Shown: positions 47,649 to 56,591 of the stretch, one piece after another | Position numbering within the stretch: position 1 is the stretch's first letter | Layout: each line of letters begins with the position of its first letter | Assembly (NCBI GenBank): GCA_965203295.1 | Contig: CBDBCZ010000019.1 | Span: 544,001-608,000 of the forward strand | DNA from: Nitrospirales bacterium | Lineage (GTDB): Bacteria > Nitrospirota > Nitrospiria > Nitrospirales > UBA8639 | Length of the DNA stretch: 64,000 bases | Reading direction: 5' to 3' | Notes under the pieces: generated by a model | Seen by the model: only the letters and a program-made list of their open reading frames with translations | Databases searched by the model: none | What the model was told of the DNA's origin: nothing | Position numbers and translations under genes: made by a program

Positions 47649-48770
47649 TTGATTTCCTGTATGAAACGAACCCCATTATATGATGCCCATGTGGCACATG
47701 GGGCGAAGATAGTTGACTTTGCTGGTTGGAAAATGCCGGTGCAATATACCGGCGTCCTTGATGAATATTACACGGTTCGTCGACAATCAGGTCTGTTCGA
47801 TGTCAGTCACATGGGAAGGATCAACGTTCGAGGTGGAGGGGCCGTACCATTTTTGCAGCAGGTGACAACAAATGATGTAGCAGCGATTGAGGTAGGACGG
47901 TCTCAGTATTCCATGGCCTGTAACACAGATGGAGGAGTCAAAGACGATATTTTTATTTATCGCGTTAGGTCAGAGGAATTTCTCCTCTGTGTCAATGCCT
48001 CCAATCGAGAAAAGATCATGATCTGGTTGATGGAGCAACATGGCAGGGCTGCGAATAAGCCTGATATTCAGGATTGCTCAGATGACGTTGCCCAGATGGC
48101 TTTGCAAGGCCCAACGTCAAAGGGCATTTTAATGGAGCTGGTGGATAAAGAAGTTGAACAGCTCAAACCTCGTGGATGCTTTCAAACAAAAGTAGGGAAT
48201 GATTCTTGGCTCATCAGCCGTACAGGATATTCCGGTGAGTTGGGGTATGAATTATACGGACCCTCTCATGGAGCGTTGGAGATGTGGAGCACTCTGATGA
48301 AGGGAGAGGCGACCTATGGAATCAAGCCTGCAGGACTGGGCGCGCGAGACCTCTTACGTCTTGATATGGGGTATTATCTCTATGGAAACGATTTATCCGA
48401 GGAAACGACTCCTATAGAAGCTGGCGCCGAATGGGTCGTCAGTTTTACAAAAGGAGAGTTCGTCGGGCGAGCCATGATGATGCGTCAAAAGGAAGAAGGA
48501 CTCCTCAGAAAATTTGTCGCGTTTGAGCTTCTCGAAAAAGCTGTTCCTCGACAGGGAATGAGAATATTTTCTGGTGAACAAGAAATCGGTCAGGTGACGA
48601 GTGGGAACCTCTCGCCAATTTTGCAAAAAGGAATTGGTCTGGGATATGTCCTGCCAGGATTTGCCGAAATGAGTGCCTCTCTTCTCATTGAAATCCGAGG
48701 CCGTCGAATCCCAGCTAGTGTTGTGAAACTTCCTTTTTACAAGAGACCAAAGACTCGCACAGCTATCTAA
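47649..48770 (+). CDS. gcvT: Glycine cleavage system aminomethyltransferase T
   Basis: KRTPLY, FAGWKMPVQY, FDVSHMG, SRTGYSGELGYE, GLGARDLLRL. Confidence 0.95.
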   Translation: MISCMKRTPLYDAHVAHGAKIVDFAGWKMPVQYTGVLDEYYTVRRQSGLFDVSHMGRINVRGGGAVPFLQQVTTNDVAAIEVGRSQYSMACNTDGGVKDDIFIYRVRSEEFLLCVNASNREKIMIWLMEQHGRAANKPDIQDCSDDVAQMALQGPTSKGILMELVDKEVEQLKPRGCFQTKVGNDSWLISRTGYSGELGYELYGPSHGALEMWSTLMKGEATYGIKPAGLGARDLLRLDMGYYLYGNDLSEETTPIEAGAEWVVSFTKGEFVGRAMMMRQKEEGLLRKFVAFELLEKAVPRQGMRIFSGEQEIGQVTSGNLSPILQKGIGLGYVLPGFAEMSASLLIEIRGRRIPASVVKLPFYKRPKTRTAI

Positions 48771-49306
48771 TGTCCATCGACCCTCTCATGAAACGACATA
48801 TCTTTAAAGGACGAATAATCGATCTCAGCGTTGAAACGGTGACGCTGCCGAATGGTTCAACCGCAGAGCTCGAACTCATCAAGCATCCAGGCGCAGCGGC
48901 TGTGGTTCCGATGAAGGATGAGGGAACGGTTGTCATGGTTCGTCAATATCGACATGCAGTGGGAGGGTTTATCTATGAAATTCCTGCCGGGAAGTTACAT
49001 CCTGGAGAAGATCCTCGCGACTGCGCCCGTCGAGAAGTCGAAGAAGAGATTGGCTACAAAGTGGGGATACTCGACCTGCTCCTCAGTTTTTTCACCACGC
49101 CGGGATTTACCGACGAAATCATCCATATCTTTCTTGGAAAAGACCTGACTCCTGGTATGCAGGACCTCGAGTCGGATGAGGTTCTAGAGATTATGGAAGT
49201 ACCCCTGGAAAAGACCATCGAGATGATCAAGGATGGGACTATCAAAGATGGAAAAACGATTATTGGGCTGCAAGCAGCCTATCTGCTTTCACTTGCCTCC
49301 AGTTAG
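48770..49306 (+). CDS. NUDIX hydrolase (ADP-ribose pyrophosphatase-like)
   Basis: HPGAAAVV, EIPAGKLHPGEDPRDCARREVEEEIG, DGKT. Confidence 0.9.
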   Translation: MSIDPLMKRHIFKGRIIDLSVETVTLPNGSTAELELIKHPGAAAVVPMKDEGTVVMVRQYRHAVGGFIYEIPAGKLHPGEDPRDCARREVEEEIGYKVGILDLLLSFFTTPGFTDEIIHIFLGKDLTPGMQDLESDEVLEIMEVPLEKTIEMIKDGTIKDGKTIIGLQAAYLLSLASS

Positions 49307-49329
49307 TTCCAGGAATAAAAAATGATTTA

Positions 49330-49523
49330 GCGGGGTTTCGCCCCCGCGCGACGAGTCACTTTTGTTTCGGCAAAAGTGACCAAAACCATTTCCGCCCTGG
49401 CGTGGTCCTTTGGATGCCCTGCAAGGCTCGTCTCATCCGGCGGCTGCGCAACTCGCTTCGCTCAAACAGTGCTCGCCGTGTCTCCGGATTCGACTTCGCC
49501 TCTCGGCTACGCCAGAAGGCGGC
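49330..49523 (+). repeat. Structured repeat family 1, copy D
   Basis: GCGGGGTTTCGCCCCCGC, GTCACTTTTG-TTTCGG-CAAAAGTGAC; 3' two-thirds closely similar to copy C. Confidence 0.9.
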
Positions 49524-49597
49524 AGGAATTCTTTTGGCCTCATGCTGATTCTAGGTTTGTCATACTACGCCCTCGAATTCCCCCAGCGTGAGAAAGA

Positions 49598-49644
49598 TTG
49601 ACCCGAGGGGGTAAGGGAGTGCGGAGCTCCTCGATCCCCCATGA
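49598..49644 (+). pseudogene. intI: 3' tip remnant of an integron integrase
   Basis: LTRGGKGVRS then, one base shifted, LDPP*; matches the IntI C-terminal signature (V)LNRGGxGVRSPLD; lies ~180 bp upstream of a cassette. Confidence 0.6.
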
Positions 49645-49822
49645 GATCCCAAAGTTTTATACGGAACCAAACAAGATCCAAGAAAAGGACGGACAACCCG
49701 GGGTAAGGCCATAAGGACTTTTAAGGACAATGGGTTACGCCGTTTATTGTCTCGAAATTTCAAAGGGCTTATACTGCAGAACCAATGAGGAGGGATCTTA
49801 TACAGAACTAGATAATCCATAG

Positions 49823-50607
49823 TTCAGTGATAAGAAAATATTATGACAAATAAAAAAGAGATAAAAGCACTCGAGCAAAATACTGAAGACGTGATAAAAA
49901 CGACCCTTACTGGCTTAATAGAGGGATTAACTGGCGTTGCCGCATCATCTAAGAAAGAACTGATATTATCAATCAGCCATACGTTTCAAAAAATGCGAGG
50001 AGGCCAGTTTCTTTCACAATTATTAAAGGAATGGAAAAAATATCAAGTTAAGGGAAAAGTAAAAGACGATTATCAATTTACTGAGCAGCATAAAACGTGT
50101 CTTCAAGAATTATTGGAGTTCCTTGATAAGGATTCTCCTAGTGAGGTTAGGTTTAAGATTTTGAAGCAAATCTTTTTGGTTACTGCATCAGAGGAAGCAT
50201 CAGATAGAGACAGCTACCTTCCTCTACAGTTCATGAAAATTGCTCGTTCTCTTACTGATGGTGAAATAATTCTGTTAACAACTATTTGGAAAATTGCCAA
50301 AGAGCGAAATGGGGAATACGAACAGCATTATGGAGCACGCCATTGGATAGAAGAGGTCACGGAAGCCTCCGGCATGAGTCATAGAGATCTCATCGAAATC
50401 CATGAACGAGGCTTAATGGACAAAAGGCTTGTAACCCCCAGGCAACTATCTGACAGCAGTGGAGTGATAGTGAAACCATTTTTTCGCCTTACTACTCTCG
50501 GGTATGAATTTTGTGATTTCATTGAAAAATATGAGGTATAGCTACTTAACCTTTCGCCACACCAGTTCCCAAGGGCCAGCGGCCCTTGGGAACTGGTTAG
50601 CTTATCG
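49823..50607 (+). mobile_element. Integron gene cassette
   Basis: Begins at G/TTCAGT (49822-49828, 6/7 complement of its own R'' ACTTAAC); single AT-rich ORF starting ~20 bp in; ends in attC. Confidence 0.75.
49843..50541 (+). CDS. Cassette-encoded hypothetical protein, possibly Abi-alpha/DUF4393-like
   Basis: 232 aa, AT-rich codons; FMKIARSLTDGEIILL and C-terminal RLTTLGYEFCDFI. Confidence 0.7.
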   Translation: MTNKKEIKALEQNTEDVIKTTLTGLIEGLTGVAASSKKELILSISHTFQKMRGGQFLSQLLKEWKKYQVKGKVKDDYQFTEQHKTCLQELLEFLDKDSPSEVRFKILKQIFLVTASEEASDRDSYLPLQFMKIARSLTDGEIILLTTIWKIAKERNGEYEQHYGARHWIEEVTEASGMSHRDLIEIHERGLMDKRLVTPRQLSDSSGVIVKPFFRLTTLGYEFCDFIEKYEV

Positions 50608-50613
50608 TTAGGT
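50544..50613 (+). other. attC recombination site (70 bp)
   Basis: R'' ACTTAAC, 5-nt spacer, L'' GCCACACC, perfect stem ACCAGTTCCCAAGGGCC-AGC-GGCCCTTGGGAACTGGT, L' GGTTAGC, 5-nt spacer, R' GTTAGGT; begins 2 nt after the stop codon. Confidence 0.85.
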
Positions 50614-50710
50614 GCTTTCCTGGGTGAAATCAATGTTCCTGGGACTAAGAATAGACCAATGGCTTGGGTTCGCCGCGGTCGCGGCGGTAATCTCTACATT
50701 TGGAAAAAAG

Positions 50711-50726
50711 GGGTCAGACTCGAATT
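50711..50726. repeat. REP-like motif
   Basis: GGGTCAGACTCGAATT identical to 25300-25315. Confidence 0.55.
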
Positions 50727-50751
50727 AAATTCCGGTTTGGCATTGTCGTCC

Positions 50752-51749
50752 TTACCCCAACAGATATCCTTCTTTTAATGGGTCGTCAGGGCTGATGACA
50801 AATTCGTGGTGGCCGGTGATGTGCGCTTGCCCCTCAACTTCTGGAATGATGGCCTGTTGGTCTCCTACCGTTGTTTCCTTCACCACTGTTCCAGCGAATT
50901 GAGTGCCCAAGATACTTTCAAGTGTAATTTCTTTCCGGTGGGAATCTTTCCTCTCTTGTACAGTAAGGCAAAATGTGCACTCACGCCCGTTCCCGTGGGA
51001 GAACGGTCAAGCGCTCCATCAGCAAAGATACAGACTTGTCGAAAATCCCCTTCAGGTGTCTGGGGCGATCCAACAAAAATTGTTCCATACAGAAACCCAA
51101 GCTCATCATCTGTCTGATGGGCAATCGTGCGTTCAACGGCAATGGCTTTTTTGACGGCCATTCCTAAAGACTTGAGACGTCCTGCTTCTTTGGGTTTGAG
51201 CTCAATCCCGATGGCGTCAGCTTGGCAGAATGCATAGAAGGCTCCTCCAAAGGCCAGATCGTATTGTATGGAGCCGATACCAGGAACGTGAATCGTCTGA
51301 TCGAGTGCCACAACGAATGAAGGCACATTAAGAAATGACACGCTCTGAACTTTTCTTCTCTCAATAAAAGCCTTTGCGGTCACAAGGCCACTAGGCGTGT
51401 CGAATCGGATCGTGGTCAAGGGTTCAGAAACAAGGAATAAATCGTGTTCCACCATGACCGTGGTTAGCCCGATTATGCCGTGCCCACACATCGTGCTATA
51501 GCCCTCATTATGGAAGAACAAGACTCCTGTATCGGCCTTGGGGTGTGAAGGAGAAACCAAGAAGCAGCCGTACATGTCCGAATGGCCTCTCGGCTCCCAC
51601 ATCAATGCTCGTCGAAAGTGGTCGAACTTTTCCAGGCATGTGCGTCGTTTTTCGAGAATGGTGTGTCCTGCAGGGTCTGGAAACCCAGAGCTGATTACAT
51701 GGAGGGGTTCTCCAGCCACATGAACATCAATAGTGGTGATGCGATGCAT
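50752..51749 (-). pseudogene. Proline racemase family, Cys/Thr type (trans-3-hydroxy-L-proline dehydratase-like), frameshifted near the C-terminus
   Basis: EPRGHSDMYG, YSTMCGHG, DRSPTGTG; one A missing near 50933, after which EITLESILGTQF...PEVEGQAHITG...DDPLKEGYLLG* resumes. Confidence 0.85.
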
Positions 51750-51821
51750 AAAGGAATCAAGACACGATGATTCGATGATAGATGAGAAGGTAGATGAAGG
51801 GCTCAGTGGGAGGAGAAGGAG

Positions 51822-52520
51822 TCAAGAAAAATGTTCGGTCATGAACCAACCGGCTATCGACAAACGTTTGTGGTCCTTGGCCAATGGGTCAACGCGGCAC
51901 ACTCGATGGAAGCGGGGTACGGTAAAAAACACGATAGAGCCTGGCTTCGGTTCTAAACAATAGGCCACTTCCAGGCGACGCTGTCCGTTCTTTGCGGTTC
52001 GAGTGTCATATACAATCAATTCCCCTCCCCAATCGTGTTCCCATGCATTGTGGAGATAGCAGACCATCGCAATACGGCGGAGAGCCGAAAATGGTTGACG
52101 ACTTCGCTCGCGACCTTCCTCATCCACCTGCGTGGACTCTTGGGTTCCTGTGTACTGCTCACCGGTGTCGTCGTGCGTAGACAGACAATCGCCCACTCCA
52201 TAGGAGTAATAGCTGAAACTCATGTGTCGCTGTTTGATATCAGGAAAGGATTCGATGAAGTCGTCGATGCAGGGAAGGGTCACACGATCGAGTAAAAATG
52301 ATGCTTCGGATTTGGCAATTTCAGCTTTGAGCCAATCTCCGCAACCTGGAAATGTTCCGCTCACCGCAGGAATCTCTGAACGTTTTTTCCATCCACACTG
52401 ATCCATCGCTCCTTGGAAGACATCTCTGTCTTTTTGAGACCAGAAGTCTTCAATGGCCAAGACTGGATCCTTGTGAAAGGAGAATTTATTTGGGTTAAAC
52501 TCTTGAAATCGTACTTTCAT
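51822..52520 (-). CDS. 2OG-Fe(II) oxygenase, OGFOD1/Tpa1-like prolyl hydroxylase
   Basis: HDD (HxD), RRIAMVCYL, WGGEL, FHRV (distal His), RLSIAGWF; ATG 52520 preferred. Confidence 0.8.
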   Translation of the reverse strand: MKVRFQEFNPNKFSFHKDPVLAIEDFWSQKDRDVFQGAMDQCGWKKRSEIPAVSGTFPGCGDWLKAEIAKSEASFLLDRVTLPCIDDFIESFPDIKQRHMSFSYYSYGVGDCLSTHDDTGEQYTGTQESTQVDEEGRERSRQPFSALRRIAMVCYLHNAWEHDWGGELIVYDTRTAKNGQRRLEVAYCLEPKPGSIVFFTVPRFHRVCRVDPLAKDHKRLSIAGWFMTEHFS

Positions 52521-52601
52521 AAGACTACGAGGGTTCTCAAGAACCGTTGTTACATATTGATGATGGCCCAACTACTGACAAGAAGTTAGCCATACAGGTT
52601 C

Positions 52602-54335
52602 TCATCCTGTCAATGGGGTCGATGACTCAATTGAAATCAGAAAAAAGTTACGCTGACGGGGTTGGGGATATTCTCGGAGAACCGTCATGGTCAAGTTCTC
52701 GTAATCCTTTATTTGGTTCAGATCGTTGTAGTCTGTCACCACAAAAATCTTCCCGAATTTTTGAGCCATCTGATGAACAGAAGCAGGGGAGTCAAGCCGT
52801 GGGAAAGGAGGCTGATAATTCAAATAGAATATTAAATCCTCTTGAGTTAACCCATACTGAAAACGCGGAATGTCAGCTTGACTTGTCATGTCTCGAATGT
52901 CTTTGTCGACCCGCTTAGGGGATGAGCCATGATCGATTGCAGGTACCAAGAGATAATTGACTCCGAACATGACCCCAACCGCCAAGACGCCAAATAACGA
53001 AAGGGACCACTTGATTTTGGCTTTCAACAGTCCCACGAAGATCACGAAGCAAAGGGTGAGGATGGTGATCACGTAGATCGGAGGAAACAACGTGAGTGGC
53101 ACATCCCATTTTTTATGGAGCAGAGTGGGGCCGAAAATAAAGGCTCCGATGAAGGCAATGCTCAGTAACCCAATGAAGATCTTGGTTACAGGAGTCGCCC
53201 ATTGTTTTTCCTCAGAGGAGGAAAACACTTTATCGTAATAGTAGCCGATCATGAGGCCGAGGCAAGGAACCAAAGGGAGGAGATAACGCTCTGCCTTGAG
53301 TTGGGCTAAACTAAAGAGAACGAGATATCCAAAAAACCATAAGAGGAGAAACAATTCAACGGGATGGCGACGATAAGGACGTTTGGAAAAGAGGATGACT
53401 AAACTTGATGGTAGTAAAGCGCTCCAGGGGAAGAAGCAGAACCATCCGAGATACAAATACCGGTGGATGTTTCTTGGTGGACTCGAGGCTGCTGCTCCTG
53501 ATTGGGCGAATGCGGTTGACAATAAACCTAGGATATGAAAGTGCCCTTGGAACTGCGGTTCTAAGTTTGAAGCGTACCCATAAACGAGTCCGCCGAAAGT
53601 CACAAGCCCTGCCCAAAATCCAAGATTGGTAAAAGCCCGGTAATCTCGTTGAATCAAAGAGTGAGTCACCATAAGAAAAAATGGAAGTCCAAAGGCATGG
53701 AAAGACTTAATCATCGTGCCAAAGGCCATCGCTGAGAAGGCAACCAAAAACCAGAGCGGAGAGCCGTCCTTAAAAAAGATTCGTGCCCAGGCATACACCG
53801 CCAAGGTCATGGAAAAGGTGAGGATCGAATCGAATTGAATATGGCGTCCATTCCAAAGGAACACATACGTGGTCGCGACGACCAATGCTGCCCAGAAAGC
53901 GGCGGTTTTGGATAAAAGCATTCGGCCGAGTGCATAGGTCACGCCCATGGTCCCTAGAGAAAATATTGCACCTGGCAATCGCAAGGCGATTTCATTCTCA
54001 CCCAGAATCTCTCTGAAACCAGCCAATATCCAGAAAAACAGTGGGGGTTTGTTAAGGTAGGTTTGCCCCAAAAAGGTTAGATGAGAGTATTGGTTGTTGG
54101 TCACCATTTCTCGAACAATCTGAGCGTAGAGTCCTTCACTCCCACCAAACAACGTGAACCCGATGTTGTTTGGATAGGCAAGAAACCCAATAAGACATAA
54201 GAGACCCCAGTGAACCCAATTGTTGTTTGAGAGCATGTCCCAAGGATGACAACTTGACAGTCTTTGAAAGTTTGCCGTCAGACTTGAGAGGAAAGATCTT
54301 GGGATCTGAGAGGTTCTGTCTTTCATCGGTGCCAC
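52602..54335 (-). CDS. ArnT/GT-C (family 39/83) membrane glycosyltransferase
   Basis: EGLYAQIVREM, YLNKPPLFFW, LRLPGA, K..RYLLP; many TM helices. Confidence 0.9.
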   Translation of the reverse strand: MAPMKDRTSQIPRSFLSSLTANFQRLSSCHPWDMLSNNNWVHWGLLCLIGFLAYPNNIGFTLFGGSEGLYAQIVREMVTNNQYSHLTFLGQTYLNKPPLFFWILAGFREILGENEIALRLPGAIFSLGTMGVTYALGRMLLSKTAAFWAALVVATTYVFLWNGRHIQFDSILTFSMTLAVYAWARIFFKDGSPLWFLVAFSAMAFGTMIKSFHAFGLPFFLMVTHSLIQRDYRAFTNLGFWAGLVTFGGLVYGYASNLEPQFQGHFHILGLLSTAFAQSGAAASSPPRNIHRYLYLGWFCFFPWSALLPSSLVILFSKRPYRRHPVELFLLLWFFGYLVLFSLAQLKAERYLLPLVPCLGLMIGYYYDKVFSSSEEKQWATPVTKIFIGLLSIAFIGAFIFGPTLLHKKWDVPLTLFPPIYVITILTLCFVIFVGLLKAKIKWSLSLFGVLAVGVMFGVNYLLVPAIDHGSSPKRVDKDIRDMTSQADIPRFQYGLTQEDLIFYLNYQPPFPRLDSPASVHQMAQKFGKIFVVTDYNDLNQIKDYENLTMTVLREYPQPRQRNFFLISIESSTPLTG

Positions 54336-54466
54336 ATCAGAAATATAAAGATAGAGCTTGGTGAATGGGGTTCTTCACGATTTCATTATGTGTAAAAACT
54401 TGAGTTTCAGTTGACGAACGCGGTCAGATGCAGTTGGGAATTACTGCGATGCGCAGGGACTGTGTC

Positions 54467-54547
54467 TCGTCATGCCTGCAGTCGTCAGCAGGCATTCATG
54501 ATGATCATAAAAGATGGATCCCCGCTAAAAAATTGCGGGGATGACGA
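54467..54547. repeat. Inverted REP doublet (REPIN/dRS3-like)
   Basis: GTCATGCCTGC-N-GCAGGCATTCA ... TGGATCCCCGC-N-GCGGGGATGAC. Confidence 0.65.
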
Positions 54548-54606
54548 CGTAAGGAGACACGAGCTGCACTCTTTACCAAGTTTTACACTTTAAACTCGAA
54601 ACCCAA

Positions 54607-55622
54607 TCACCCCCCGGTCGGCCTTTCGAAATGCCCACCGAATTCGAATCGCATCGCCGATAAAACCTTGTCTGCGAACTCGGCTTCTCCTCGTGAGCTA
54701 AAGCGCTGGTAGAGCGCGGCTGTGAGAACAGGGGCGGGTACTCCTTCATCTACGGCCGCTTCGATGGTCTAGCAGCCCTCACCCGAATCAGCCACGCTTC
54801 CCGAAAACTTGCCCAGATCCGGACTTTTCATAAGCGCAATCGCGGTCAGATCAAGCAGCCAGGAGCCGACAACGCTGCCGCGACGCCACAGTTCAGTGAT
54901 ATCTGCCAAATTGAGGTCGTACTGGTAGGCTTTGGGATCGCGTAATGGAGAAGTCTCAGCATCAGTCACATGCTCACGTTTCCCAATGTTGGCCTGTTGT
55001 AGAATATTCAGGCCTTCAGCATACGCTGCCATGAGCCCATATTCGATGCCATTGTGGACCATCTAAAGTGGCCAGCGCCGTGTTGTCCACAATGCAGATA
55101 GCCGTGTTCTGCCGTGCTCCGAACCTTTTCCCGTCCTGGTGTTCGAGATGCAGTCTCAATCGGAGGTGCCAGCGTGGAAAAAATGGGATCCAGATGCTTA
55201 ACAACCTCTTTCTCGCCACCGATCATCTGACAATATCCACGCTCTAGGCCCCAAACCCCGCCACTCGTTCCTACATCAACATAATGAAGGCCTTTCGGCT
55301 TCAATTCCTTGGACCGGCGAATGTCATCACGATAGTAGGAATTTCCTCCATCAATAAGAATGTCATCTTTTTCCAGTTTGGGCATCAGGTCCTTGATCAT
55401 GCCATCGACAAACGCGGCCGGGACCATCATCCACACCGCACGGGGTTTCGTCAATTTGGCGACAAAGTCATCGAGGGAAGATGCCCCTGTGGCTCCATCC
55501 TTGGTCAGTTCCTGAACGACTTTCGGGGAGACATCATACCCCACACATTCATGGCCCCCGTTCATGAGCCGGCGCACCATATTGGCACCCATTCGCCCAA
55601 GCCCAATCATCCCAAGTTGCAT
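54607..55622 (-). pseudogene. gnd: 6-phosphogluconate dehydrogenase (decarboxylating, short type), two lesions
   Basis: GLGRMG, IDGGNS, DVGTSGG; frameshifting deletion near 55064 ([14 protein letters not shown] lost); TAG at 54769-54771 where SGEGRW has Trp; continues [15 protein letters not shown]...MRFEFGGH to TGA at 54607. Confidence 0.9.
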
Positions 55623-55929
55623 AGCCCTTTCTCCTTATTTAAACAGAATTTGCCTTACTCAATGTTCAAATGCATATTGCCACGAGTACTTCATAAAATT
55701 GATTCATCCCTCTGCTTAAGATTCCGCAGTTTGTTGAGCGTATGACAAAGGCAGGGACGATAATTCTATGGAAAATCATATACCAATGCAAAAATAAAGA
55801 TTGACGCGGATTCACTATAAAAATATTGTTATTGACTCTGACGGTTATTGTTGAGCAGGTAAAGCAAGCTGCAGAATGTCCGACCGTGGGTTTTTGGGGA
55901 GGGAGCTTTCTATGCGGTCGAAGACAGAG

Positions 55930-56440
55930 CACCACGGGTTTACCCGTGGGTGAATGAGCCCGGCGGTGGTACGATGAGAGGAGGGAAGTTGTCAAGACGG
56001 CACACCGTGTCTCCTGGTTACAGTATCACGTGGTGTGGGTGTGCAAGGACCGCCGCCGGATCCTGAATCCTGGGGTCTGTAGCTCCCTCCGGAAGCTGTT
56101 CCCCAAGTTGCTGCGAAGTCTGCCCGGAGTAGCAATTGAGACGATTGGCTTTGCCCAGGATCAGATCCATATGGTGATGCTCATTCCTCCTAAGTCCAGT
56201 ATTGCGGAAGTGAGGGGCAAGCTGAAAAGCCAATCGGCTTCCCAGCTGCGTGACCAGTTTCCTTGGTTGGAGAAGGTATATTGGAAGGAAAACATTGTCT
56301 GGTCCCCGGGTTACTCCGTCAGCAGCGTGGGGGTGGATGAAGAAACTATCAAGACCGATGTCGAGCGTCAAGGGGTCCAGGATTCAGGTCAACTGCGCAT
56401 GCAGTTGTCACAGAAAGCACCCCGGCTTTAGCCGGGGGAA
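55930..56440 (+). mobile_element. IS200/IS605-family element (tnpA only), inactive
   Basis: Subterminal hairpins CCACGGG-TTTA-CCCGTGG (55932-55949) and CCCCGGC-TTTA-GCCGGGG (56420-56437) around a Y1 transposase. Confidence 0.85.
55982..56431 (+). pseudogene. tnpA: Y1 HUH transposase TnpA, catalytically degenerate
   Basis: QYHVVWVCK, WSPGY, SSVG; HUH reads DQIH, catalytic Tyr helix reads TIKTDVERQ, apparent start codon is AGG. Confidence 0.85.
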
Positions 56441-56591
56441 TCTATTGGATCAAGTCTATGCTGAGAAGGCCTAATGATCTGCCAATCCTTTGTTCCTCTT
56501 TCTAGCGACCAAGTGGTGATCATAGTTACGCTAAAAAACATTCAACGTTTATTTTCGTTAACTCTAAACCCGAAACTTTGAACTTCAAACT

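Noticed and set aside
50561..50597. Perfect hairpin read as a simple terminator
   Set aside because: No U-tract; the flanking RYYYAAC and GTTRRRY boxes with correct spacing fit attC better.
55930..56440. TnpB/omegaRNA system associated with the IS
   Set aside because: The right-end hairpin overlaps the tnpA stop, leaving no room for tnpB.
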